Assembly (NCBI GenBank): GCA_016649785.1
Contig: JAENXB010000001.1
Coordinates: 1-34,860, forward strand
Length of the DNA: 34,860 nucleotides
Direction: 5' to 3'
From: Flavobacteriaceae bacterium
Lineage (GTDB): Bacteria > Bacteroidota > Bacteroidia > Flavobacteriales > Flavobacteriaceae
Of this stretch, positions 1 to 8,271 are shown piece by piece. Below the pieces are notes generated by a model that saw only the letters and a program-made list of their open reading frames with translations, was not told the DNA's origin and ran no database searches. How positions within the stretch are numbered: position 1 is the first letter of the stretch; each line of letters starts with the position of its first letter. The position numbers and the translations under genes are program-made.

Positions 1-979
1 CATAAACCCCGGCAATAAAAGTGAGCGGAATAAAAATCGTGGCAATAATGGTGAGGACCTTCATTATTTCGTTCATTCTGTTACTGATGGTTGTCATGTA
101 CATTTCCATAAGGCCCCTGGTCATTTCCCTGTAGATATCAATGTTTTCGGAAACTTGGATAACGTGATCGTATAAATCCCTGAAATAGTTCCTGGTTTTA
201 TCTTCAATTAGATTGTTCCCCAGTTTTTCTATCCGGCTAAGCACCTCGCGAAGTGGAAAAACTGCACGTCTTATGCGCAAAATCGTACATTTCAGTTCCT
301 GAATTTCAAAGGTAATTTCGTCATTAGCCTGGATCTGGAACAATTTTTCCTCCAGGATCTCAATTTTTTCGCTGATGTTATCTATCACTTCAAAATAATT
401 ATCTATAATGGCATCAAGCAGGCAAAACAATAAATAATCGGCACCATTGCTACGAATGCGTCCCTTGTTATTTGTAATTCGGTCTCTTACACCTTCAAAT
501 ACATCTCCATCAGATTCCTGAAAGGTAAGTATATAATCCTTTCCCATCACCAGGCTTATGTGTTCAATGACAAGGCTATGTATATTTTTATCAGAATTTT
601 GCTTTGGGAAATAAAGCATTTTTACCACCATGAAAATATAACCCGGGTATTCGTCTATTTTCGGTCGCTGATTGGTATTTGCGATATCTTCCAGTAAAAG
701 AGGATGCAACTCATAATACTTGCCGAGTTTTTCAATTTCTGCGGTATTGCTAAGTCCGTCAATATTGATCCAGGAAACTTTGTCGGGATTTTCAAATTTG
801 AAGGCATCTTCCAGATGAGTGGATTCGTAACGTTCAAAATTTTCCGTGTTATAATCTATTACTTCCAGTTTGGTTTCCACAGATTCCTTCCTGCCAATGT
901 AAGTAATGGTCCCCGGTATCTGATTTAAAGCTTTGGTGGATTCCGGTCTTCGTAACAAATGCCTTTTGCGTTTCGCCAT
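1..979 (-). CDS. corA: Magnesium/cobalt transporter CorA (3' end runs off the window; absent from the ORF track)
   Basis: Manual translation from ATG at 979 gives MAKRKRHLLRRPESTKALNQIPGTITYIG...; the same frame at the window edge reads ...MKVLTIIATIFIPLTFIAGVY, the segment just before the CorA GMN motif. Confidence 0.93.
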   Translation of the reverse strand, partial: MAKRKRHLLRRPESTKALNQIPGTITYIGRKESVETKLEVIDYNTENFERYESTHLEDAFKFENPDKVSWINIDGLSNTAEIEKLGKYYELHPLLLEDIANTNQRPKIDEYPGYIFMVVKMLYFPKQNSDKNIHSLVIEHISLVMGKDYILTFQESDGDVFEGVRDRITNNKGRIRSNGADYLLFCLLDAIIDNYFEVIDNISEKIEILEEKLFQIQANDEITFEIQELKCTILRIRRAVFPLREVLSRIEKLGNNLIEDKTRNYFRDLYDHVIQVSENIDIYREMTRGLMEMYMTTISNRMNEIMKVLTIIATIFIPLTFIAGVY

Positions 980-1019
980 AAACTGAATGTTTCTATAAAA
1001 GTATAAAAGATTTATTTAG

Positions 1020-1035
1020 TCCCGAAGCATCGGGA
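1020..1035. repeat. Short REP-like palindrome TCCCGA-AGCA-TCGGGA
   Basis: Perfect 6-bp GC-rich inverted repeat with 4-nt loop in an otherwise very AT-rich divergent spacer. Confidence 0.55.
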
Positions 1036-1037
1036 GT

Positions 1038-1081
1038 GAATTTGTTAATTTGGAATTTGTTAGTTTGGGATTTGGAATTTG
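1038..1081. repeat. Degenerate 7/8-bp tandem array (GAATTTG type)
   Basis: GAATTTG TTAATTTG GAATTTG TTAGTTTG GGATTTG GAATTTG read directly. Confidence 0.75.
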
Positions 1082-1150
1082 ATTTTTCTCTATATTCTAT
1101 TCTCTTTTTTCTCCTTTCTTTTAACTTTCAACTTTCCACATTCAAAAAAA

Positions 1151-1199
1151 ACTCAATACTCATATCTCAAATCTAATTTCTCAAATCTATTTTCTCTAA
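1151..1199. repeat. Degenerate 7-bp tandem array (TCTnnnn type), 7 units
   Basis: ACTCAAT ACTCATA TCTCAAA TCTAATT TCTCAAA TCTATTT TCTCTAA. Confidence 0.8.
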
Positions 1200-1204
1200 A
1201 TTCG
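1197..1204 (+). promoter_or_regulatory. Candidate Bacteroidota -7 promoter element for recQ
   Basis: TAAATTCG, one mismatch to TAnnTTTG, 4 nt before the recQ ATG. Confidence 0.45.
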
Positions 1205-1208
1205 CAAA

Positions 1209-3311
1209 ATGGAGGAAAAGAAACTTTTTAGCTGTCTTAAAGAATATTTTGGGTACGATAGCTTTAGACCTTTACAAAAGAAAATAATCGATTCTGTTTT
1301 TGAAGGGAAGGATAATCTGGTGATTATGCCTACAGGTGGCGGAAAATCGATTTGTTTCCAGCTTCCCGCAATTTTATTGCCTAAGATCACCCTGGTAATT
1401 TCTCCCTTAATTGCCCTGATGAAGGATCAGGTAGACGGACTTGTGGCCAACGGGATTCCCGCGGCTTTTCTCAATAGCAGTCAGACAGCCGCAGAACAAC
1501 AGGAAATTTTTCAACATATTGACGACAATCAGCTTAAACTTTTATATGTAGCGCCGGAAAGTTTACAGGTAATTGATAGGTTTTTAAGCGACGGAAAAGT
1601 GAGTTTGATCGCAATAGATGAAGCTCATTGTATTTCAAGTTGGGGTCATGATTTCAGGCCTGCTTATACCCAATTGGGCTATTTAAAAAATCGTTTTCCC
1701 ACTACCCCGCTTATTGCTTTAACTGCCACTGCCGATAAAGCCACAAGAAAAGATATTTGCGATCAGTTGAATATTCCGGCTGCAAAAAAACATATAGCTT
1801 CTTTCGACAGAAAAAATCTGAGCCTGGAAGTGCGTCCCGGCACAAAACGTTTGGAACAGATCCTGCAATTTTTAGAGCCCCGTAAAAATGAAAGCGGGAT
1901 TATTTATTGCCTAAGCCGAAAAAATACGGAAGATGTTACATCCAAACTGAAAGCCAACGGATTTAAAGCCGAAGCGTATCACGCCGGTTTAAGCCACAAG
2001 GAGCGAACAAAAATTCAGGATAATTTTATCAATGATAAAAAGCAAATAATTTGTGCTACCATAGCATTTGGGATGGGCATCGATAAATCGAATATTCGTT
2101 GGGTGATCCATTACAATATGCCCAAAAACCTGGAAGGTTATTACCAGGAAATAGGTAGATCGGGACGTGATGGATTGCCGAGTGACACTATTTTATTCCA
2201 CAGTTATGCCGATGTGGTGATGCTTCAAAAATTTGCTGAAACCTCCGGAAATTCGGGAGTTCAGCTGGCAAAACTGGAGCGAATGAAGCAATATTCTGAA
2301 GCTTTAACCTGCCGCAGAAAAATATTGCTCAGTTATTTTGGGGAACTAAAACAGGAAGATTGCGGCAACTGCGATATTTGCCGGAATCCGCCCGTATTCT
2401 TTGACGGTACGCTGATCGCCCAAAAAGCATTGTCCTGTATTTATCGTTTAAAAGGAGAAGAACCCATAACTACAGTAATAGATGTTCTTAGAGGTGCGCA
2501 AAATGAATCGGTTCTGGAAAAAAATTACCAGGCTTTAAAAACCTACGGCGTGGGAAAAGAAATTTCCTGGCACAACTGGCAACAATACATTATTCAGTTG
2601 ATCAATTTGGGTTTTGTGGAAATCGCCTTCCACAAGCACAATCGATTACAGCTCACCGCTTTTGCAAAAGATGTGCTTTTTGATGGAGGAAAATTGCAAC
2701 TGGCCAAAAATCCGGATCTTAAGGAAATTCGGGAAAAAGAGGTAAAATCTGTCCGTAAAAAAGACAATTCCCTGTTTGAACAGCTTCGCCAACTTCGCCT
2801 TAAACTAGCCAAAGAAGAAGGAATTCCTGCGTATTTGATCTTTAACGATGCCACCCTGAAGGAAATGGAAAAAGAACGCCCGATGACAGACGAAGATTTT
2901 ATTGAAATAAACGGAGTCGGCAGAAAAAAAATGCAGGATTACGGATATCAGTTCATTAAGGAAATAATCGCCTTCAATAAAGAAAAACGCGTCACAAAAA
3001 AGGTGACCAGGGGAAATACCCATAAAATTACCCTGGAATTTTATAACGAAGGTTTAAGTGTGGAAGAGATCGCCCAAAAACGTGGCCTTTCCGGTACTAC
3101 AATTTATTCGCATCTTGCAAAACTCTATGCGGACGGCGAAAAAATAGACCTCAATAAATTTGTTTCCAAAGCAGATTTGTTAGCTGTTAAAAAAGCCAAA
3201 ATAGAACTCGAGTACACCGAGGCTTTAAAACCTTATTATGAACATTTTGAAGAAGCCATTGATTATTGGACCATTCGACTTGCATTGACTATTCTTGAAA
3301 AAGAAGAATAG
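1209..3311 (+). CDS. recQ: ATP-dependent DNA helicase RecQ
   Basis: Walker A MPTGGGKS, DEAH box, ALTATA, ATIAFGMGIDK, YQEIGRSGRDG, Zn-binding CRR...CGNCDIC, HRDC domain (IPAYLIFNDATL) and a C-terminal HTH-like extension. Confidence 0.97.
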   Translation: MEEKKLFSCLKEYFGYDSFRPLQKKIIDSVFEGKDNLVIMPTGGGKSICFQLPAILLPKITLVISPLIALMKDQVDGLVANGIPAAFLNSSQTAAEQQEIFQHIDDNQLKLLYVAPESLQVIDRFLSDGKVSLIAIDEAHCISSWGHDFRPAYTQLGYLKNRFPTTPLIALTATADKATRKDICDQLNIPAAKKHIASFDRKNLSLEVRPGTKRLEQILQFLEPRKNESGIIYCLSRKNTEDVTSKLKANGFKAEAYHAGLSHKERTKIQDNFINDKKQIICATIAFGMGIDKSNIRWVIHYNMPKNLEGYYQEIGRSGRDGLPSDTILFHSYADVVMLQKFAETSGNSGVQLAKLERMKQYSEALTCRRKILLSYFGELKQEDCGNCDICRNPPVFFDGTLIAQKALSCIYRLKGEEPITTVIDVLRGAQNESVLEKNYQALKTYGVGKEISWHNWQQYIIQLINLGFVEIAFHKHNRLQLTAFAKDVLFDGGKLQLAKNPDLKEIREKEVKSVRKKDNSLFEQLRQLRLKLAKEEGIPAYLIFNDATLKEMEKERPMTDEDFIEINGVGRKKMQDYGYQFIKEIIAFNKEKRVTKKVTRGNTHKITLEFYNEGLSVEEIAQKRGLSGTTIYSHLAKLYADGEKIDLNKFVSKADLLAVKKAKIELEYTEALKPYYEHFEEAIDYWTIRLALTILEKEE

Positions 3312-3312
3312 T

Positions 3313-3376
3313 CATTTTCAAATTATCACATTTTCAAATCTTCAAATTATAACATTATCAAATTTTCAAATTAATA
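3313..3376. repeat. Degenerate 8-bp tandem array, 8 units
   Basis: CATTTTCA AATTATCA CATTTTCA AATCTTCA AATTATAA CATTATCA AATTTTCA AATTAATA fills the recQ/truA convergent spacer. Confidence 0.85.
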
Positions 3377-3379
3377 TTT

Positions 3380-4165
3380 TTATTCAAATTCTATCCTGTT
3401 CAAAATCAAACCCGAAGCCGGCGCGATATAATTTATAACCTGGGTATTTTCCGGTTGCAGACTTTTTTCGATGTCGGTGAGTTCCAATTCCCCTTTTCCT
3501 AACTGAATAAGGGCACCCATCATCAAACGAATTTGATTTCTTAAAAACCCCGCGCCCTGAACCCGAAATACATAACTGGTTTTCGGAAAGAAATTCGCGG
3601 TATAAACCTGGTTTTCGGTAATCTCCGATTTTATTATGATCCTTTCAAATACAGTGTTTTCAGAAGGAGCCACACAATAATTTTTGAAATTATGAGCGCC
3701 TTCAAACAGTTTTGCACCGGTTTTCATCAAATCTATATCGAGATCATCCTGAATTGTCGCCATAAGCGGGGCACAAAAAGGATGGTTTTTTTCTCCAAAT
3801 GAAAACAGATAGAGATATTCCTTTAATTTAGGATTTTGAATAATATTAAACAAATTATCAACTTCCCTAATACTTGTTGCCAGGATATCCTGAGGGAGAT
3901 TTTTATTGAAAAGGCTCATAAACGCAGGGAAATCCTCCAAAGGCTCATCGTATAAAAACAACTCAAACGCCGCCTCATTGGCAGATACCATGGCATCGGT
4001 CCGGCTGGAGCCAAGGATCTTAGTCTGGCGGTCCGGCAAAACAAATTTCATGGTTTTTTTAATGAGTCCCTCCACGGTTTTTAAATTGGGTTGGCGCTGC
4101 CAGCCGTGTAAACGGTAGCCCAGGTATTGTAATTTTATCAGGTAATAATAGCGTTTTCGCTGCAA
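3380..4165 (-). CDS. truA: tRNA pseudouridine synthase A family protein (TruA-like)
   Basis: Y.G..HGWQ.QP, SRTD with catalytic Asp, HNFKNYC, GFLRNQIRLMMG, APASGL; TTG start. Confidence 0.88.
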   Translation of the reverse strand: MQRKRYYYLIKLQYLGYRLHGWQRQPNLKTVEGLIKKTMKFVLPDRQTKILGSSRTDAMVSANEAAFELFLYDEPLEDFPAFMSLFNKNLPQDILATSIREVDNLFNIIQNPKLKEYLYLFSFGEKNHPFCAPLMATIQDDLDIDLMKTGAKLFEGAHNFKNYCVAPSENTVFERIIIKSEITENQVYTANFFPKTSYVFRVQGAGFLRNQIRLMMGALIQLGKGELELTDIEKSLQPENTQVINYIAPASGLILNRIEFE

Positions 4166-4181
4166 AGTAGATGTTTTGGGG

Positions 4182-4189
4182 CGAAGTTA
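4182..4189 (-). promoter_or_regulatory. Candidate -7 promoter element for truA-like gene
   Basis: TAACTTCG on minus strand, 16 nt upstream of the TTG start; one mismatch to TAnnTTTG. Confidence 0.45.
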
Positions 4190-4200
4190 GGGAGAAAAAT

Positions 4201-4235
4201 CAGTTTGCCGTTTTCTGTTTTCAGGTTTCTGTTTC
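4201..4235. repeat. Degenerate 7-bp tandem array (CnGTTTT type), 5 units
   Basis: CAGTTTG CCGTTTT CTGTTTT CAGGTTT CTGTTTC. Confidence 0.7.
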
Positions 4236-4395
4236 ATCATCATCCAAAAAGTCTAAGTGTATCAAAAGGTCGCCATAAAGTGACCGGAGTGATGGAATGA
4301 AGAGCCTGGATCTACTTTTTGCCTCAATATTTCAGCCTAAAAAGGGTGATACTCCTTTTCTACATCGCTGGCCAAGCATCCTCTTTTTGATATGC

Positions 4396-4477
4396 AGCCC
4401 CTTCAGGGCTCCTGCGACGAGCACTTTTTCATCGATGGGCGTTGCCCATCGTTCACATATTATGCCCATTCAGGGCT
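4396..4477. repeat. Composite REP-like element of three hairpins
   Basis: AGCCC-CTTCA-GGGCT (4396-4410), CGATGGGC-GTT-GCCCATCG (4433-4451), GCCC-ATTCA-GGGC(T) (4464-4477); outer two are direct repeats of each other. Confidence 0.75.
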
Positions 4478-4496
4478 AAGTTTCTTCTAAAAGTAA

Positions 4497-4553
4497 GTTC
4501 AGAATGACAAAAATCACCCTTGGTATGTCATTCTGAACGCAGTGAAGAATCCC
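4497..4553. repeat. Inverted repeat / REP-like remnant (TGTCATTCTGAAC type)
   Basis: GTTCAGAATGACA (4497-4509) and TGTCATTCTGAAC (4526-4538) are a perfect 13-bp inverted repeat with 16-nt spacer, followed by GCAGTGAAGAATCCC. Could also terminate the oxidoreductase transcript. Confidence 0.7.
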
Positions 4554-4604
4554 ACGTTCCAATTGGGCAAATCATAATTATGGCACTTTTACCTAATCGT
4601 ATTT

Positions 4605-4653
4605 TCTATTCTCTTTATTCTAACTTCTAATTTCTTACATCTCACTTCTAACT
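4605..4653. repeat. Degenerate 7-bp tandem array (TCTnnnn type), 7 units
   Basis: TCTATTC TCTTTAT TCTAACT TCTAATT TCTTACA TCTCACT TCTAACT; last unit contains the oxidoreductase stop codon. Confidence 0.8.
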
Positions 4654-7566
4654 TCCCAAAGCTTCCCTCAAAACAGAAACCGGATGTTTTGCCTCTCGTT
4701 TGGTTCCGTCAAAGATCTGATGTCTGCAACTGGTTCCGTTTGCCGCTATAATTGTTTCCGGGGAGCTTCTTCGAACAGCGGGAAACAGGCTTTGTTCCCC
4801 AATATTCATACTTATTTCGTAATGCTCTTTTTCGTAACCGAAAGAGCCTGCCATCCCGCAACAGCCGGAGGAAATAATGGTGACCTTGTAATTTTTGGGA
4901 AGGTTTAATATGTCAAAAGTTACCGCAGAATTGGATAATGCCTTTTGGTGGCAATGGGCGTGGATCTTAATAATTTTTTCTTCGGAAGTAAAGGAAGAGG
5001 ATTTTATATTCCCTGCAGCGATTTCATTTTTCAGAAATTCTTCGATTATAAAACAGTTTTTTGAGAACTTTTCCGCTGCTAAAGGATTTTCTGCCAAACG
5101 CAGATATTCATCCCTGAAACTCAAAATTGCCGAAGGTTCGATTCCAATTAGCGGAGTTTCATTTGAAATCAGATCCTTAAAAAGATCGATGTTTTTATTG
5201 GCGAGCACTTTTGCTTCCTCCAAAAATCCTTTGGAAATATGGCCTCTTCCGCTTTCATGATTTTCGATAATTTTTACCCGGTAATTCAGTTTGCTCAGCA
5301 ATTCAAGCGCATCAATTCCTATTTTCGCATCCAGGAAATTTGTAAACTCATCGTTGAATAAATAAACTGTTTTTATAGGATCTGAAACTTCCAATTCCAA
5401 TTTGTGCTTCCGGTAATAACTCCATAAGCTTTGTTTGGAAAGCTTGGGAAGACTTCGCTGCGGAGCAACTCCCATCACCTTTTTTGCTATTCCCGAAGTA
5501 AGCTTGTTTGTAAAAAGAAAATTAGCCAGACCGGGAACCATTGAAGCCACCCTGTTCATTTGCGCATTGTTTGCAAAGGCTATGCCCCGCATGGATTTTC
5601 CATTGGCTTTTTGATATTGAAACTGAAATTCTGCCTTTAATGCGGCTACATCTACCCCGGACGGACATTCACTTTTGCAACCTTTACAACTGATGCATAA
5701 ATCAAAGACTTCTTTTAATTCCTGGTGATCAAACTTGTTTTGTTTATCAGAATTGGTGAGAAATTCCCGCAATGCATTTGCCCTTGCCCTTGTAGTGTCT
5801 TTTTCATTTTTGGTCGCACGATAGCTTGGGCACATAGTTCCGCCGGATTCTACAGATTTTCGGCAATCCCCGCTTCCGTTGCATTTTTCGGCCAAACGCA
5901 AGATTCCTTCTGAATCTTCAAAATCCATCAGGGTTTTTATTTCAGGTTCGCTCCTTTCGGGTATATATCTTAGGGAAGTATCCATTGGAGGCGCATCTAC
6001 AATTTTTCCGGGATTAAAAATATTTTTAGGGTCAAAGGTATTTTTAACCGATTTTAGGATCTTATAATTTTTTGAGCCTATCATAAATTCTATAAACTCG
6101 GCGCGCAATCTGCCATCTCCGTGCTCCCCGCTCATAGAACCCCGATATTTTTTCACCAGGGCCGCAACTTCTTCTGTAATCGTTCTAAAAAGTTTTACGT
6201 CTTCTTGCTTCTTTAAGTCGAGAATGGGGCGCAAATGCAGTTCCCCTGCTCCGGCATGTGCATAATACACGGCATCCTGCCCATGGCTTTTCATAATTTG
6301 GGAAAATTCGGCGATATAATTAGCCAGATCGGGTAAGGCCACGGCAGTGTCCTCAATACAGGCGACCGCCTTTTTATCGCCTATCATATTTCCCAAAAGT
6401 CCAAGTCCCGCTTTACGAAGTTCCAGAGCCTGGTCTATTTGTTCGTCCCTCAAAACAGGAAAGGCATAAGCCAGCTTGGAAGCATTTAATCTTTCCAGTA
6501 AAATATGAACTTGCTCTTCCAGATCTTCCGCGGTTTTGGAACGCAATTCCAGCATGAGGATCGCTTTGGGATCTCCTTCAATAAAAAACCTGTTTTCCTT
6601 ATATTTTAAACTTTGTTTGGTGCAATCAAGAATGATCTTGTCCATCATTTCACAGGTATACAAGTCACTTTCCATTGCGGGAACAACTGCCAGCATGCAA
6701 TCTTCAATACTGGAAAAATGAGCCGCTACCAGCGCCGAATATGTCGGCGGGATCCTGTCGAGCTGCAAAGTGATCTCTGTGGTGAATGCCAGTGTGCCTT
6801 CACTTCCGGCAAGCAAACTGCAAAGATTGAAAGCTTTTTCAGTTTCGGAAAAAACTTCGGTTGAAATAAGAGTATCAATGGCATAACCCGTATTTCTGCG
6901 ATGAATAGTTTCTTTAGGAAACTTCTCCCTTATCTCTTGCTGAACTTCAGCAGGTGACAACAAATCGTATAAATTCTTGTAGATAGTTCCTTCAAGAGAA
7001 TTCAAATTCGATTTCCGCTGAAATTCTTCTGTAGAAACAGAAGAAAATTCGGCGTCGTTGCCATCGCTTAAAATGCATTTAAGTTTTAACAATTTGTCCC
7101 GGGTAGTGCCGTATTTAATGGATGTGGTTCCGCTGGAATTATTCCCCACCATTCCACCAATCATACATCTGTTGGAAGTTGAGGTATTCGGGCCAAAAAA
7201 TAAACCGTGTTTTTGAAGTTCCCGGTTTAGATCGTCCCGGATTATCCCCGGCTGAACGATTGCAATGCCATTTTCGGGCTCTATTTTGAGAATTTTATTG
7301 AAATGTTTTGATACATCCACCACGATCCCGTCTCCCACACATTGCCCTGCCAGGGAAGTGCCGGCTGTTCTTGGAATCAGGCCAATTTCATGTTTTCCCG
7401 CAAAATGGATCAGGATCTTTAAATCTGATTCGTTTTTAGGATAACATACCGCCAATGGGAGTTCCCGGTAAACCGATGCGTCTGTAGCATAGATGCTGCG
7501 ATGTAAATCGTCGTAAATAAGCTGACCTTCAAGATCTTGGCTTAATTTTGTTAAATTTTCTTTCAT
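4648..7566 (-). CDS. FAD-binding and Fe-S-binding oxidoreductase (GlcD/GlcF-type fusion, YdiJ-like; probable D-2-hydroxyacid dehydrogenase)
   Basis: YATDAS, PRTAGTSLAGQ, GSEGTL, HAGAGELHLRP, GEHGDG, Fe-S motifs CNGSGDC...MCPS and CISCKGCKSECP, C-terminal CCG domain (HAHCH, GCCGMAG, GTSCRHQ). Confidence 0.9.
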   Translation of the reverse strand: MKENLTKLSQDLEGQLIYDDLHRSIYATDASVYRELPLAVCYPKNESDLKILIHFAGKHEIGLIPRTAGTSLAGQCVGDGIVVDVSKHFNKILKIEPENGIAIVQPGIIRDDLNRELQKHGLFFGPNTSTSNRCMIGGMVGNNSSGTTSIKYGTTRDKLLKLKCILSDGNDAEFSSVSTEEFQRKSNLNSLEGTIYKNLYDLLSPAEVQQEIREKFPKETIHRRNTGYAIDTLISTEVFSETEKAFNLCSLLAGSEGTLAFTTEITLQLDRIPPTYSALVAAHFSSIEDCMLAVVPAMESDLYTCEMMDKIILDCTKQSLKYKENRFFIEGDPKAILMLELRSKTAEDLEEQVHILLERLNASKLAYAFPVLRDEQIDQALELRKAGLGLLGNMIGDKKAVACIEDTAVALPDLANYIAEFSQIMKSHGQDAVYYAHAGAGELHLRPILDLKKQEDVKLFRTITEEVAALVKKYRGSMSGEHGDGRLRAEFIEFMIGSKNYKILKSVKNTFDPKNIFNPGKIVDAPPMDTSLRYIPERSEPEIKTLMDFEDSEGILRLAEKCNGSGDCRKSVESGGTMCPSYRATKNEKDTTRARANALREFLTNSDKQNKFDHQELKEVFDLCISCKGCKSECPSGVDVAALKAEFQFQYQKANGKSMRGIAFANNAQMNRVASMVPGLANFLFTNKLTSGIAKKVMGVAPQRSLPKLSKQSLWSYYRKHKLELEVSDPIKTVYLFNDEFTNFLDAKIGIDALELLSKLNYRVKIIENHESGRGHISKGFLEEAKVLANKNIDLFKDLISNETPLIGIEPSAILSFRDEYLRLAENPLAAEKFSKNCFIIEEFLKNEIAAGNIKSSSFTSEEKIIKIHAHCHQKALSNSAVTFDILNLPKNYKVTIISSGCCGMAGSFGYEKEHYEISMNIGEQSLFPAVRRSSPETIIAANGTSCRHQIFDGTKREAKHPVSVLREALGS

Positions 7567-7671
7567 AACAGGGCTAAAATTACGAATTATTTCAGATTTT
7601 GGTTAACAGATCTTTAATGATTATTAACAATACATTGGCTTTGTAGGGTATTAACATTTGATTTTAACAGT

Positions 7672-7679
7672 TAAATTTG
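7672..7679 (+). promoter_or_regulatory. Bacteroidota -7 promoter element for the outer-membrane protein gene
   Basis: TAAATTTG exact match to TAnnTTTG, 31 nt upstream of ATG with an A-rich leader. Confidence 0.6.
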
Positions 7680-7710
7680 CAAGAGTTTTAAAAACTAAAA
7701 AACAACAAAT

Positions 7711-8211
7711 ATGAAAAAATTATTTTTATTGGCAATTTTTGTAATTGGAGCTACGGCTGCAACCCAGGCACAAACCATTTCAGAAAACGCCCTTGGTTTA
7801 CGATTTGGCGGTGGTAATGGTTATGGCGCTGAAGTTTCTTACCAACGTGGATTGGGTGATAACAACCGTCTTGAATTTGATTTGGGTTGGAGAAATGACA
7901 GTAATAATTACGATGCGATAAAACTTGCCGCATTATACCAATGGGTATGGAATATAGAAGGTGGTTTTAACTGGTATGCAGGTCTTGGTGGTGGAGTTGG
8001 AAGTGTTTCTGACAGCAGAGACGTTTATGATGACAACACGTTTGTTTTCCTTGCAGGAGATATAGGAATTGAATACAATTTTGATATTCCTTTACTGATC
8101 TCATTGGATTTCAGACCTGAATTTGGTTTTTATAATGATGACTATAGAAATAACAGAGGCATTAACGATTTCTCACCAGACATCGCACTTGGTCTTCGTT
8201 ACCAATTCTAG
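7711..8211 (+). CDS. Small outer-membrane beta-barrel protein of unknown function
   Basis: Sec signal peptide ending TQA/Q, alternating aromatic/Gly strands, C-terminal LGLRYQF BAM-type signature. Confidence 0.85.
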   Translation: MKKLFLLAIFVIGATAATQAQTISENALGLRFGGGNGYGAEVSYQRGLGDNNRLEFDLGWRNDSNNYDAIKLAALYQWVWNIEGGFNWYAGLGGGVGSVSDSRDVYDDNTFVFLAGDIGIEYNFDIPLLISLDFRPEFGFYNDDYRNNRGINDFSPDIALGLRYQF

Positions 8212-8233
8212 GAAATTAGGATAACTTTATTTT

Positions 8234-8271
8234 AATAGCTGATTAGAAACCTACGTTTTTAATCAGCTATT
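8234..8271. terminator. Probable bidirectional intrinsic terminator
   Basis: AATAGCTGATTAGAAAC-CTAC-GTTTTTAATCAGCTATT, 17-bp stem with one G.U, between convergent genes, T-rich tract downstream on plus; overlaps the bshA stop codon. Confidence 0.75.

Noticed and set aside
655-928. ORFs 655..837 (-) and 704..928 (+)
   Set aside because: Both lie within corA, which the ORF track missed because its stop is outside the window.
4297-4479. 60-aa intergenic ORF
   Set aside because: Runs through the REP-like hairpins, has no recognisable motif; most likely a chance ORF.
4166-4647. Possible riboswitch, ncRNA or IS element in the long spacer
   Set aside because: No transposase fragment, terminal repeats with target duplication, or RNA family motif recognised; hairpins are better explained as dispersed repeats.
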